Of a stretch of 64,000 bases of DNA, positions 1-12,742 are shown piece after piece. The stretch comes from Malacoraja senta (lineage: Eukaryota): assembly GCA_038087875.1 (NCBI GenBank), contig CM075977.1, positions 330,956,001-331,020,000 of the forward strand, read 5' to 3'. Position numbers and translations under genes: made by a program. Within the stretch, counting starts at the first letter, position 1. Every line of letters starts with the position of its first letter. Under the pieces are notes generated by a model, which was not told the DNA's origin, made no database searches, and saw nothing but the letters and a program-made list of their open reading frames with translations.

Positions 1-221
1 GTCACCAATTGCTTAGACTTACATTGCTAAACATGGAAATCAGTGCTATGGATTTGTGACTGAATATTGATTTTGATAAGTTGCTGCACAATAATAAATA
101 TCCCTTTTTATTATTCCCCACGAACTCGGACTCGAAAACAACATGGTAAATTAAGCTCAGGGAAGACAATCTGATCCAGAGATACCTTAATTGGAAACAA
201 ACAATTTTAAATTAGGAAATG

Positions 222-810
222 GTTTAGTTTAGTTTAGTTTAGCTTATTGTCACGTGTACCGAGGTACAGTGAAAAGCTTTTATTGCATACTAACTAGTCA
301 GCGGAAAGACAATACATGATTACAATCGAGTCATCCACTATGTATAGAAACATGATAAAGGGAATAACGTAAATAATGTTCAGTGCAAGATAAAGTCCAG
401 TAAAATCTGAATAAAGATAGTCCGAGGGTCTCCAATGAGGTAGATGGTAGCTCAGGACTGCTCTCTAGTTGTTTGTAGGATGGTTCAGTTGCCTTATAAC
501 AGCTGGGAAGAAACTGTGCCTGCATCTGGAGGTGCGCTTTCACAATTTAATATCTCTTGTCGAATGGGAGAGGGGAGAAGAGGGAGTGGCCAGGGTGCGA
601 CTTGTCCTTGATGGTTACCTTGCTGATACAGCGTGAAGTGTAAATGGAGTCAATGGAAGGGAGGTTGATTGGTATGATGGTCTGGGCGGCGTCCATAATT
701 CCCTGCAATTTCTTGTGGCCTTGGATGGAGCTGTTCCCAAACCATGCTGTGAGGCATCCTGATAAAATGTTTACTACGGCGCATCTGTAGAAGTTGGTGA
801 GAGTCACTAG
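222..810 (-). mobile_element. Rex1/Babar-like LINE, 3' fragment
   Basis: ORF 547-807 (LTNFYRCAVVNILSGCLTAWFGN...HPGHSLFSPLP..KRY) matches the Rex1/Babar ORF2 C-terminus; (GTTTA)n tail at 222-243. Confidence 0.8.
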
Positions 811-1063
811 TCATTAGTCACTGCATTACAGTATCCTAGTCACTGAAATGTTGTGGAAATCACAAAGCATGGAACCAAAATATCTGAAAGAAATATGTGT
901 TTGGACATGTTTGGGTAGAAATTAATCACAGTCAGTGACACAAATAGAGAGTATTGCTATGTATTTGTATTATGAATAGTATAGTGGTTACCTAATTCAA
1001 TAACATTCTTTGTCGACAAGCCAAGACAAAATCCTACTTCAAATTGTCTTGGCAAGACCCAAA

Positions 1064-1156
1064 CACAAGGGTTTCGGCCTGAAACGTTACCTATTTCCTT
1101 CGCTCCATAGATGCTGCTGCACCCGCTGAGTTTCTCCAGCATATTTGTGTACCTCC
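1064..1156 (+). mobile_element. Penelope-like element terminal (pLTR) fragment
   Basis: AAGGGTTTCGGCCTGAAACGTT...GATGCTGC...CCGCTGAGTTTCTCCAGC, the same motif that ends Neptune-type PLE relics elsewhere in the window. Confidence 0.65.
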
Positions 1157-1171
1157 CAAATTGTACATGTT

Positions 1172-1450
1172 TTGTTTAGTTTAGGGATACAGCGTGGAAA
1201 CAGGCCCTTCAGCCCACCAAGTCCACACCGATCAGCGATCCCAGCACACTAGGAACAATTTACATTTATACCAAGCCAATTAACCTACAAACATGTACAT
1301 CTTTGGAATATGGGAGGAAACCAAAGATCTCGGAATAAACCCCTGTACAAACTCCGTATAGACAGCACCCATAGTCAGGATCGAACCGGGGTCTCTGGCA
1401 CTGTAAGCTCTGTAAGGTAGCAACTCTACTGCTGCGCCGCCATGCCGCCC
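1172..1450 (-). mobile_element. tRNA-derived V-domain SINE (HE1-like)
   Basis: Minus strand begins GGGCGGCATGGCGGCGCAGCAGTAGAG (A box) and has GGTTCGATCC (B box), a V-SINE core, a CR1-like 3' end and a (CTAAA)n tail. Confidence 0.8.
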
Positions 1451-1504
1451 TAACAGTGAATGTTATGAATGAATAATATGAAAGGGGTTGTACAGCTGCC
1501 CTGT

Positions 1505-2107
1505 TCAAAAAAAAGACTGAAGAAATTTGGCATGTGTCCAATGACTCTTACAAACGTCTATGGATGCACCATAGAAATCATAATGTTAGGTAGCATAACA
1601 GCTTGGTTTGGGAACAACTCTGCCCAACACTGCAAAAATTGCACAGTTGTGGATATAGCCCAGTCCATTGCACAAACTAAACTCCCACCACTGACCATCT
1701 ACACATCACAATGTTTCAGGAAAGCAGCCAACAAGATCAAAGACTTTTCCCACGTCAGTTATTCCTTCTTCTCCATTATCCCTCAGGTAAGAGATACAGA
1801 AGCTTGAAATTGTGAACCACCAGAATCAGGAACAGCTTCTTCCCCTCCATTATCTGAATGGTCATTCCATAAGCTAAGGTACTGTCCGATTCTCCTCTAT
1901 CTCCCTGCGCACATTGGAGTTTGGCTCTGTTGTGCTTTAATGCTGAGAAAACGCTTTCTACATTCAGTACCTTTACCCTTTGCTTCATCTATTATACTGG
2001 AGTTTGTCTTCATTGTTTTTACTGATGGTATTTTCTGATTTGATAGGACAGCATGCAAACAAAAGCTTGTCAAGGTACCGCCTAATGACAAACCTAAATC
2101 TAAACCT
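1505..2107 (+). mobile_element. Rex1/Babar-like LINE, 3' fragment
   Basis: RLKKFGMCPMTLTNVYGCTIEIIMLGSITAWFGN; 3'UTR homologous to 222-810; AAACCT tail. Confidence 0.75.
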
Positions 2108-2799
2108 GGGTCCCAAATACACTTTGTTTGGATATTGACTGCAACAATCACACTATTTTATTCAACCACTTCTATTGCCTATCACCTGATTTAATTACTT
2201 TATATTCTCATAATACCTCAAGAAGTATCGCTGATCATTGGTCTACTTACTTCTTTTTGATTTGATTTAGAACTATTGTCAAGACTGTCACTGTCACCTG
2301 AAGAGTTAATGATTGCCTATTTATCTTTGTCACTAGGATGCTGGTCTCAGTATAGATCGGATGGATCCAATTCCGACAGTAAGTTCCTTCTTGTCCCAGT
2401 ACTACCCTCAATATCTGCTGAAATAAATCCCTGTTATCTTTCAGCAATTATGTAACCTCTGAAATCTGCTTATTTCTGCACTGATATTCATATTAAGCAG
2501 CTGGCCATGTAGAACCTACACCCTTTGAGATCCTATCTTTTAATTTGGCTAAGAAACTGGTATTCTCCAACCAGGATCCCTTGCCGATGCTGTCCAAAAT
2601 CCATTTGAGTCAATAAATGTTGTGCCTTATTCTGGCACCGACCAGGGACCATGTGGTATCCTCAGTCCGGCTCAAAGGGAAGTGTTTCATATTCCCCCAT
2701 TATTGAATTCCAAGTATTGCTGAGGCTCTGCACAGGGAAAGTGAATTTGTAAAATCTCTTATTTCTTTTTCTTCTGTCTACCACATTACTAATGCCCAT

Positions 2800-3090
2800 T
2801 TCAGTTTTAGTTTATTGTTACGTGTACCGAGGTACAGTGAAAAGCTTTTGTTGCGTACTAAACAGTCAGCGGAAAGACACTACATGATTACAATCGAGCC
2901 ATTCATAGTGCACAGATACATAATAAAGGAATAACTTTTAGTGCAAGGTAGAGTCAGTAAAGTCCAATCAAAGATATTCCAAGGGTCCCCAATGAGGTAG
3001 ATAGTAGTTCCGGACTGATCTCTAGTTGTGGTAGGATGGTCCAGTTGCTTGATAACAGCTGGGACAAAACTGTCTCGGAATCTAGAGGTG
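2800..3090 (-). mobile_element. Rex1/Babar-like LINE 3'UTR fragment
   Basis: Close copy of 236-530 (TTTATTGTTACGTGTACCGAGGTACAGTGAAAAGCTTT). Confidence 0.75.
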
Positions 3091-3979
3091 TAAAGGATGC
3101 CAATTATTTTTGCTGCAGGATAGTCTCAAATATGTATTAGAGTGAATGTAGGAACACGCAGGATAAGCATTATTGTGTGCCATGCCTGCTATTTGAACAA
3201 AGACCCATTTCTAGGATTCATAAATTATGTCCCTCACTGGTGCAGTCTTCACCAATATGTGCCACCAAGCAAGATAAACCTTGACATGTTTAAAAGAATA
3301 AAGAATTATGTTCCGTTGCATCACATCATGTCCCATGACAGGATGAGATAGAGAAATACTGATCTGTCACTGGGGTTTATTGAAATTCAGATGGATGGAA
3401 GGAGTGAAAAGATAAAAGGAGTGTACCTTCATTAGGGAGAACAAAAACTGACGGGAGATCTGACCTCCACCATCACTACAGACCGCAAAACACATGAAAT
3501 AGCAGTTTTGCCTCCTCTGTCGCACAAAGCCAAAAGCAAAATATTAAACAATAGGGAAAAGGTTGAACCCCTGCCATGTCCTAAAGGTGCCCAAATAGAT
3601 TTTGTTTTGATATTGTGTCTCATCAATATGCTTCATCAATTCTCAGACATTTTCATGGAGCTCTGGCCAAGTTTTCTTTCTGTATTTCTTTGACACTGTA
3701 TTACTCTGCAAATAAAGTTGAGAGTATAATTTGAACAGACTAACTATTCGTGCTTATTTAGCATACATAGTATACTTTTCTTTTCCGTCTTGAAAGCTGA
3801 AAAATTGTAATTAAGCCCGTCTATGAAAGGCTTCGTTCAGCCATTCATAATGTAAAGCTCTATTGATAAATAGTTTATGGATTAATAAAAAAGGTAAGCA
3901 TATTTGGAAATTGATTTACTGTGCGTGATTGGAACTGCATTGTGATCATGCTCTTAGAGAGATATTGAGTGGGGAAAAA

Positions 3980-4432
3980 ATATCCTCTTGGTCCTACAGG
4001 TCCATGCCCACCATCAAGCAAACATTTATACTGATCTTATCTTAACACATTTTATTCTCCCCGCTTTCACATCAATTCCGTCTCAGATTCTACTCACCTA
4101 AACATTTACAATTTACAGTGGACAATTGATCAGCCATCTTGCACATTTTTGGGATGGGGGGGGAAAACGGAGCACTCAGGAGAAACTCAAACAGTCAGAA
4201 AGTGAACAAGCACACTCCACACTAAGAACACTGGGGGTTACAGTAAAGGCCTGGGCACTGTCAGCTGTGCTACTGTGCCCTTGTTGGGATGTGGGAGGAA
4301 ACTGGAGAATCCATCAACAGCCCACAGTTACTTGAAAACAAGCAAACTCTATACATTCATGCTGGCAATATCGATACCAGACTCTGGTTTTGTGAGGTAA
4401 CAGAACTAACTAATGCACCACTGTGCCTCCTC
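3980..4432 (-). mobile_element. Decayed V-SINE copies
   Basis: Degenerate TGTGGGAGGAAACTGGAG and GCACCACTGTGCC motifs. Confidence 0.55.
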
Positions 4433-5154
4433 TAATCAGTGATAATTTAAACTTCAGGTTGTTATGCACAAAAATACTCATGATTGCTTTATTTTTTAAT
4501 GTTGCAATTGACTTGCCCTTAACAAAGCTCTGCACACAAAACTGATGGTGATGCCAAGGGGACATTACCAGAAAACACCAATTTTGCTGCTTTAAGCCTC
4601 CTCAAATTGTACGAATGACCTTTTTACAGAGGTGTTATTAAAATAAAATATTGTCAGAATGTATTTTCTTTACATAGAACTGATAACAGTACACAAATGT
4701 AATTAGTAAATGTTTTTGTATATAGTTGAATTCAGCAATTTTACATTGGGCACTCACGGGTGGAGAATTCTCTGTGGTATTAAAAAGACTATCAGTTCTG
4801 TCATTATTAAATAAGTTGTAGAATTTTTAATGGGAAAATAAATCAAATAATGATATTCTATTATTCTGCCAGACTGTGCAAGCTCTTGTGAGTTTTTCCT
4901 GTGACTAGTTAAATAAATTTTAGTTGAAACTTGTAGCATAACATCGGCAGAGTATGTTCAAGATCATTTTGTGTGCAAATTAACAATTGGGCAAGAAATG
5001 TAAGCTCTACTCTGAAATGTTGCTCATTGCTCATTGCTCAATGTTAATTTATTGAATGTGCTATTCTAGTAAGTTAGACTTCCTTGTTTCTTTTAATCCA
5101 ATTAAGTAATACCAGAAAGTCTGAGGAAATTCTGTGACATATATATCGAAAATT

Positions 5155-5552
5155 AAAAAAACTGCAGATTATCTGCAATAAAAAGAAAAATCGCTGGAAA
5201 TAGATCAGGCAACATCAGTGAAAAAGTGAAATAGAGTCAACAGTTCAGGTTCGGGACCCTTCTTTAGAAATGGGAAAATAAAAAAATGATGTTACTTCTC
5301 AGTAGGAAAGATGGAAGGAGAGGGACTTACAGGACCAAGGACATATCTATGATCATTTGAGACCAAGTGAGTTAACATTGCAATTAGATTCATCCTATCA
5401 CAGATATACCCAACCTTCTATCAACCTTCCCCCAATTCTTCTACTAAAAACTAACTTGATTTCTCCCTTTCCCAGTTCTAATGAAGGGTCCCAGACCTGA
5501 AACATTAATTCTGTTTCTCTTTCCACAGATCCTAGCTGTCCTTCTGAGCATT
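5155..5552. mobile_element. Old Penelope-like terminal fragments in inverted arrangement
   Basis: 5190-5270 is the reverse complement of 5475-5550 (ATGAAGGGTCCCAGACCTGAAAC...). Confidence 0.6.
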
Positions 5553-5715
5553 TCCAGCGTGTTCTTTTTTTAAATAATTGATAATATTTATTGTTATTTC
5601 AGCTTTCTTGTAAATGTTTAATTGCTAATATTTGATTCATCAGTTGACTGTTCACTTCAAAGCTTATAAATATCATAAACAAGTGTAATATGAAATTCAG
5701 ACGATAGAATTTTTG

Positions 5716-6332
5716 GGTGGCACAGTGGCATAGCTAGTTGAGCTGCTACCTCACAGCTTCAGTGATCCAGTTTCAGTCTTTAGACTTTAAAGATACAGCA
5801 CGGAAACAGGCTCTTCGGCCCAGCGAGTCCGCACAGATCATCGATCACCCCATACACAACAACTGCCCGACACACTAGGGACAATTTACAATTTACTGAA
5901 GCCAATTAACCTACAGACCTGTACGTCTTTGGAGTGTGAGAGAAAACCGGAGCACCTGGAGAAAACCCTCACGGTCACAGGGAGAACGTACAAACTCTGT
6001 ACAGACAGCACCCGTAGTCAGGATCAAACCCGAGTCTCTGGCACTGTAAGGCAGCAACTAAACCACTGCGCCACCGTGCCACCCTCTGTGGAGTTTCCCC
6101 ATTCTCCCTGTGATTGTATAGGTTTTCTTTGAGTGCTCCTGTGGCTGGGTACATTTGTTAGTCATTGTAAATTACCCCAGTGTCTTGGTGAGCAGTAGAA
6201 TCTGAGCAGTCGGCAGAAATGCAGGGAGAATAAATATGGCCTTATTGTAGGATTAGTATAAATGGGTGCCTGCTGATCAACATTGAGTTGGTGGACTCAA
6301 GAATCTGTCCCTATGCTGTACGATTCAATGAC
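5716..6332. mobile_element. Older plus-strand V-SINE interrupted by a younger minus-strand HE1-like SINE (~5781-6083)
   Basis: Plus-strand head GGGTGGCACAGTGGCA at 5716 resumes with CTGTGGAGTTTC at ~6086; a complete minus-strand copy lies between. Confidence 0.7.
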
Positions 6333-6862
6333 TCGATGATTCATATTAACAACAAAAGACAATTTCTGTTGAGAGGCACATCTATTCACATTCTAAATCA
6401 CACGCCCTTGATAAAATTATATTGAAAGATATATTTCAGCTGCATAAAAGTGTAAGGAATTAACATGCAATAAGATAGTGACAGAGCCTAAATGTCCTTT
6501 CTATAAATCCTTTATAAATCATTGAGCAAATGAGGCTACTGTGATGTAGTCACTACCTGCATTTTAGTTCCTGTCAGTTGCATGCATGAATGATCACTAA
6601 TGGATATTTAATGCAATCATGCAGAAAGCTTCTAATTTGTAACAGAGATCATTTCACACTTATAAAATGATGGATCAAATGGGGAATAACTACGTGCAAA
6701 TCTTGCATGAAATGCAGACAGACGGTATCCTTGGACTATATTTATCATCTCAGAATGCAACTATTTTCACTGTGTTTCTCACATTTTCTTAAATGCAGTA
6801 AATAATTAATAGATTTTGATCCTTCATTATCCAGAAGCGTTTGTGCAGTTTAATTGAAAAAG

Positions 6863-7438
6863 GGTCATAAGGTCATAAGGAATAGGATTCGAATTAGGCC
6901 GTTTGGCCCATCAACTATACTCTGCCATTCAATCATGGCTGATCTATCTCTCCCTCTTAACACCATTCTCCTGCCTTCTCATAACCATAATGAAACCATC
7001 TGAAAGGTTAGAAGATAGAACTATAACAAATAGAAATAGAAGCTTATCTGGACAAAGCAGGCACTCGAGCCTCCTCCATCATTTAATAAGGTTGTGACTG
7101 TTTCAATAAGATCATATATTGGCCTCCACACCATTTTCCAATCTCTTCCCATACTCCTTGGCATCCTTGTAGTTCAAATGTCTGTTCATCTCCACTATGA
7201 ATATATTCAATGACTCTACCTCCATGGCTCCCTGAGAGAGATAATTCGAAAGATTAGCATCTCTCTGAGAAGAGAAATGTCTCCACAATTACCACCTAAA
7301 ATGGGTAATAATTTATTCTGAAATCATGTGCCCTCAGTCTTGATTCCCACCCTAAGGGAGATATCCTCTCAACATCACCCCACCAATTGTCCTCTGAATC
7401 AAAATTTTCACCTCTCATTCCTCCATACTCTGAAGTGT
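6863..7438 (-). mobile_element. CR1 3' fragments (young tail 6863-6985; older copy ~7050-7438 continuing at ~10730-10990)
   Basis: (GGTCATAA)n tail; GCCATTCAATCATGGCTGATCT 3'UTR motif. Confidence 0.6.
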
Positions 7439-10400
7439 AGAAACATGGAAACATAGAAACATAGAAAATAGGTACAGGAGTAGGCCATTAGGCCCTTCGA
7501 GCCTGCACCGCCATTCAATATGATCATGGCTGATCATCCAACTCAGTATCATGTGCCTGCCTTCTCTCCATACCCCCTGATCGCTTTAGCCACAAGGGCC
7601 ACATCTAACTCCCTCTTAAATATAGCCAATGAACTGGCCTCAACTACCTTCTGTGGCAGAGAATTCCAGAGATTCACCACTCTCTGTGTGAAAAATGTTT
7701 TTCTCATCTTGGTCCTAAAAGACTTTCCCCTTATCCTTAAACTGTGACCCCTTGTTCTGGACTTCCCCAACATCGGGAACAATCTTCCTGCATCTAGCCT
7801 GTCCAATCACTTAAGAATTTTGTAAGTTTCTATAAGATCTCCCCTCAATCTTCTAAATTCTAGCGAGTACAAGCCGAATCTATCCAGTCTTTCTTCATAT
7901 GAAAGTCCTGACATCCCAGGAATCAGCCTGGTGAACCTTCTCTGTACTCCCTCTATGGCAAGAATGTCTTTCCTCAGATTAGGAGACCAAAACTGTACGC
8001 AATACTCCAGGTGTGGTCTCACCAAGACCCTGTACAACTGCAGTAGAACCTCCCTGCTCCTATACTCAAATCCTTTTGCTATGAATGCTAGCATACCATT
8101 TGCTTTCTTCACTGCCTGCTGCACCTGCATGCCTACTTTCAATGACTGGTGTACCATGACACCCAGGTATCGTTGCATCTCCCCTTTTTCTAATCGGCCA
8201 CCATTCAGATAATAGTCAACTTTCCTGTTTTTGCCACCAAAGTGGATAACCTCACATTTATCCACATTATACTGCTTCTGCCATGCATTTTCCCACTCAC
8301 CCAACCTATCCAAGTCACCTTGCAGCCTCCTAGCATCCTCCTCACAGCTAACACTGCCCCCCAGCTTGGTGTCATCCGCAAACTTGGAGATGTTGCATTC
8401 AATTCCCTCGTCCAAATCATTAATATATATTGTAAATAGCTGGGGTCCCAGCACTGACCCCACTAGTCACTGCCTGCCATTCTGAAAAAGACCTGTTTAC
8501 TCCTACTCTTTGCTTCCTGTCTGCCAGCCAGTTCTCTATGCACATCAAAACTGAACCCCCAATACCATGTGCTTTAAGTTTGTATACTAATCTCTTATGT
8601 GGGACCTTGTCGAAAGCCTTCTGAAAGTCCAGATATAACACATCCACTGGTTCTCCCTTATCCACTCTACTAGTTACATCCTCAAAAAATTCTATAAGAT
8701 TCATCAGACATGATTTACCTTTCATAAATCCATGCTGACTTTGTCCAATGATTTCACCACTTTCCAAATGTGCTGCTTTCCCATCTTTAATAACTGACTC
8801 TAGCAGTTTCCCCACTACCAATGTTAGACTAACTGGTCTGTAATTCCCCATTTCTCTCTCCCTCCCTTTTTAAAAAGTGGGGTTACATTAGCTACCCTCC
8901 AATCCTCAGGAACTACTCCAGAATCTAAAGAGTTTTGAAAAATTATCACTAATGCATCTACTATTTCTGGGGCTACTTCCTTAAGTACTCTGGGATGCAG
9001 CCTGTCTGGCCCTGGGGATTTAGCGGCCTTTAATCCATTCAATTTACCTAACAGATGAATACGTGGCTTGAAAAATGGTGTAAGGGGGAAGGATTCAAAT
9101 TTCTAGGGCATTGGAACCAGTTCTGGGGGAGGTGGGGCCAGTACAAACAGGACGGTCTGCACCTGGGCTGGAATGGAACCAATGTCCTTGGGGGAGTGTT
9201 TGCTAGTGTTGTCGGGGAGGATTTAAACTAATGTGGCAGGGGGATGGGTGCAAGAGCAGAGAGACAGAGGGGTGTAAAATGAGGATAGAAGCAATAGGTA
9301 GCAAGGTGAAAAGTAAAAGTGGCAGGCAGACAAATCCAGGGCAAAAATCAAAAAGGGCCACTTTTCAACATAATTATATAAGGGGTAAGAGTGTTGTAAA
9401 AACAAGCCTGAAGGCTTTGTGTCTCAATGCAAGGAGCATTCGTAATAAGGTGGATGAGTTGAATGTGCAGATAGTTATTCATGAATATGATATAGTTGGG
9501 ATCACGGAGACATGGCTCCAGGGTGACCAAGGCTGGGAGCTGAACATCCAGGGATATTCAATATTCAGGAGGGATAGACAGAAAGATTCTGGAGTAGTTC
9601 CTGAGGATTGGAGGGTAGCTAATGTAACCCCACTTTTTAAAAAGGGAGGGAGAGAGAAAACGGGGAATTAAAGACCAGTTAGTCTAACATCGGTAGTGGG
9701 GAAACTGCTAGTTATTAAAGATGGGATAGCAGCACATTTGGAAAGTGGTGAAATCATTGGACAAAGTCAGCATGGATTTATGAAAGGTAAATCATATCTG
9801 ACGAATCTTATAGAATTTTTCGAGGATGTAACTAATAGAGTGGATAAGGGAGAACCAGTGGATGCGTTATATCTGGACTTTCAGAAGGCTATCGACAAGG
9901 TCCCACATAAGAGATTAGTATACAAACTTAAAGCACATGGTATTGGGGGTTCAGTATTGATGTGGATAGATAACTGGCTGGCAGACAGGAAGCAAAGATT
10001 CGGAGTAAACGGGTCCTTTTCAGAATGGCAGGCAGTGACGAGTGACTTTAAGAATCAATTGCCAGTCTATCTTGGCCAATTCACGTCTCATACCCTCAAA
10101 GTTACCTTTCTTTAAGTTCAGAACCCTTGTTTCTGAATTAATTATGTCACTCTTCATCCTAATGAAGAACTCAACCATATTATGGTCACTCTTGCCCAAG
10201 GGGCCACGCACAACAAGACTGCTAACTAACCCTTCCTCATTACTCAATACCCAGTCTAGAATAGCCTGCTCTCTCGTTGGTTCCTCTACATGTTGGTTTA
10301 GAAAACTATCCCGCATACATTCCAAGAAATCCTCTTCCTCAGCACCCCTGCCAATTTGATTCACCCAATCTATATGTAGATTGAAGTCACCCATTATAAC

Positions 10401-10725
10401 TGTTTTACCATTGTTGCACGCATTTCTAATTTCCTGTTTGATGCCATCCCCAACTCCACTACTACTGTTAGGTGGCCTGTACACAACTCCCACTAGCGTT
10501 TTCTGCCCCTTAGTGTTTCGCAGCTCGACCCATATCGATTCCACATCCTCCAAGCTAATGTCCTTCCTTTCTATTGCGTTAATCTCCTCTCTAACCAGCA
10601 ACGCTACCCCACCTCATTTTCCTTTCTGTCTATCCCTCCTGAATATTGAATATCTCTGGATGTTCAGCTCCCAACCTTGGTCACCCTGGAGCCATGTCTC
10701 CGTGATCCCAACTATATCATATTCA
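7439..10725 (-). mobile_element. CR1 LINE with internal inversions and duplications (end of ORF1 esterase, APE endonuclease, RT)
   Basis: RT (LDFQKAFDKVPH, KFADDTK, RPHLEYCVQFWSP) on minus 7549-9050; DGLHL and LCLNARSIRNKVDEL on plus 9052-9585; APE (GDFN, SDH) on minus 10039-10725; (GAAACATA)n tail. Confidence 0.92.
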
Positions 10726-11058
10726 TATATGGTTTGGACTACTCAAATTTTCTTCTTACATCAACCTCTTCATCACTTCAATCAACCATTTCTGTGCCGC
10801 CTCCAAAAGCAAGTATATCCTTCCTGAAATATGAAGATCAGGTATGTGCAGTACGCAAGCTGGGCTCTCACTAACCAACCTGTAAATGTTCGTTAAGGCC
10901 TCCTGACTTTCATATTCTGCACCCCTTTAATAAGAGCCAACGTTTCATTAGTCTTCCTAATTATTTGCTACACCTGCAAGCTAAGTTTTTTGTATAGGAA
11001 GGAACTGCAGATGTTGGTTCATTCCAAAGATCGACACAAAATGCTGGAGTAATTCAAT

Positions 11059-11330
11059 AGATAGTAGACAACAGGTGCAGGAGTAGGCCACGGCTCTTCA
11101 AGCCAGCACCGCCATTCACTGTGATCATGACTGATCATCCACAATCAGTACCCTGTTCCTGCCTTCTCCCCATATCCCCTGACTATCTTTAAGAGCTCTA
11201 TCTAACTCTCTCTTGAAATCATCCAGAGAATTGGCCTCCACTGCCTTCTGAGGCAGAGAATTCCACAACCCTCTGTGTGAAAAAGTTTTTCCTCATATCC
11301 GTTCTAAATGGCTTACCCCTTATTCTTAAA
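11059..11330 (-). mobile_element. CR1 3' fragment inserted in a Penelope-like terminal fragment (10993-11345)
   Basis: CR1 3'UTR flanked by GCTGGAGTAATTCA and CGGGTCGGGCAGCATC, the two halves of the PLE motif. Confidence 0.75.
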
Positions 11331-12511
11331 CGGGTCGGGCAGCATCACTGAAGAGGAGCCAGGGCTTTCTGCTGTTGGCACATGGTGCTAACATTTTGTG
11401 TTCCATGTATTAGGACCCCTCATATCCTTTCCTTTCACAACATTTGATTGTCTCACTCCACTTAAGTATTCATCTCCAAGGCTCTTTGTGTGCTTCTCAC
11501 AACTTGCTAGCCCACCTACTGTGGATCATCAGCCAATCTGGCCACAGTACATTTGTTTTTTTTCTTTCAAGTGATCATCATAGATCTTGTATAGTTGAGG
11601 TTCTAGCACTGATCCTTGCAGAACTTCCAAGTTAGTGATTGCCAATCTAAACATATATTCATAACTTTATGTTTCCCATTAGTAACCCATTAGTGCCACT
11701 CCCTTAACCATACCAATATATTCTCCACAACCTTATGCACTCTTAAATGGTGGCAATAACATATATGCAGCATCTCATCAAATGCCTTTTTTGAAATCCA
11801 AATTCCCCTTTATCCAAAATAATGTTTAAATATAATTTACCTTTCATTAACTGTAACAATGTTGATTCTGCATGACTGCCTCTCGATTTTTCTAAATGTA
11901 CTGCTGATACCTATTTTATAATGAATTTTGGCTTTTTGTTCTGATAACAAATGCAAAATTACCTGGTCAATAGTTTTCTGCTTTCTTGAATGACAGATAT
12001 TGTAGAATAGATTTCAACATGGTCTCTTCCAATTAGCCCTTTGAGCCTGTGCCATCACCTAACCAGAATAACTCACTAGAGCCACCCCATCCTCCCCCAC
12101 TCTAGCTTTGTAAAGTTTTCCTCACTATACATTTATCCAGTTCCCTTTGGAAAAGTCCAATGGAAATATTTTCACCAGATCTACAGGCAATGCATTCCAG
12201 ATTCCAACAATGCATAAATATAAAACAACAATCCCGGCCTCTTTTAATATAAACTTGTTACATTAGTCCCTCCTCTCAGTAACCATTCTCATAAATAGTT
12301 CTGGACCCTTACTATCGGAAATAGTTATGGTTACTATCTTCCACTGAGGCAACCAGAATTGAGTACACTAATGCAGTTGAGGCCTGACCTGTATTCGACT
12401 TCCATTCTTTTATACTCTATGCTTCCGTTGATTAAAATCTAAAATTGTAGATGCCTTATTAACTGCTTTTGCATCTTGACCTGCCATGTTAAATTACATG
12501 TACACCCATAT

Positions 12512-12742
12512 CAGGCACATGTCGTCATGGTAGGCAAGTTAGCCGACTGCCTGCCTACCCTGAGTAATTACGCACGGCACGTGCCGTCGGGGTAGTAATT
12601 ACTCACGGCACGTGCCGTCAGCGTAGTAATTACTCGCGGCACGTGCCGTGGGGGTAGTAATTACTCGTGGCACGTGCCATCAGGGTAGTAATTACTGGCG
12701 GCACGTGCCGTCACATTAGCAATTACTCGCAGCACGTGCCTG
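12512..12742. mobile_element. hAT-superfamily MITE containing a 31-bp palindromic tandem array
   Basis: TIR CAGGCACATG...CACGTGCCTG; 8-bp TSD ACCCATAT (12504-12511) / ACCCACAT (12743-12750); ~6 units of GTAGTAATTACTCACGGCACGTGCCGTCAGC. Confidence 0.8.

Noticed and set aside
1370-1450. tRNA gene (A and B boxes)
   Set aside because: It is the tRNA-derived head of a SINE, repeated at several loci and followed by the V core and LINE tail
12560-12742. CRISPR-like array of palindromic ~31-bp repeats
   Set aside because: Units are contiguous with no unique spacers, there are no cas genes, the context is eukaryotic, and TIR plus 8-bp TSD explain it as a MITE
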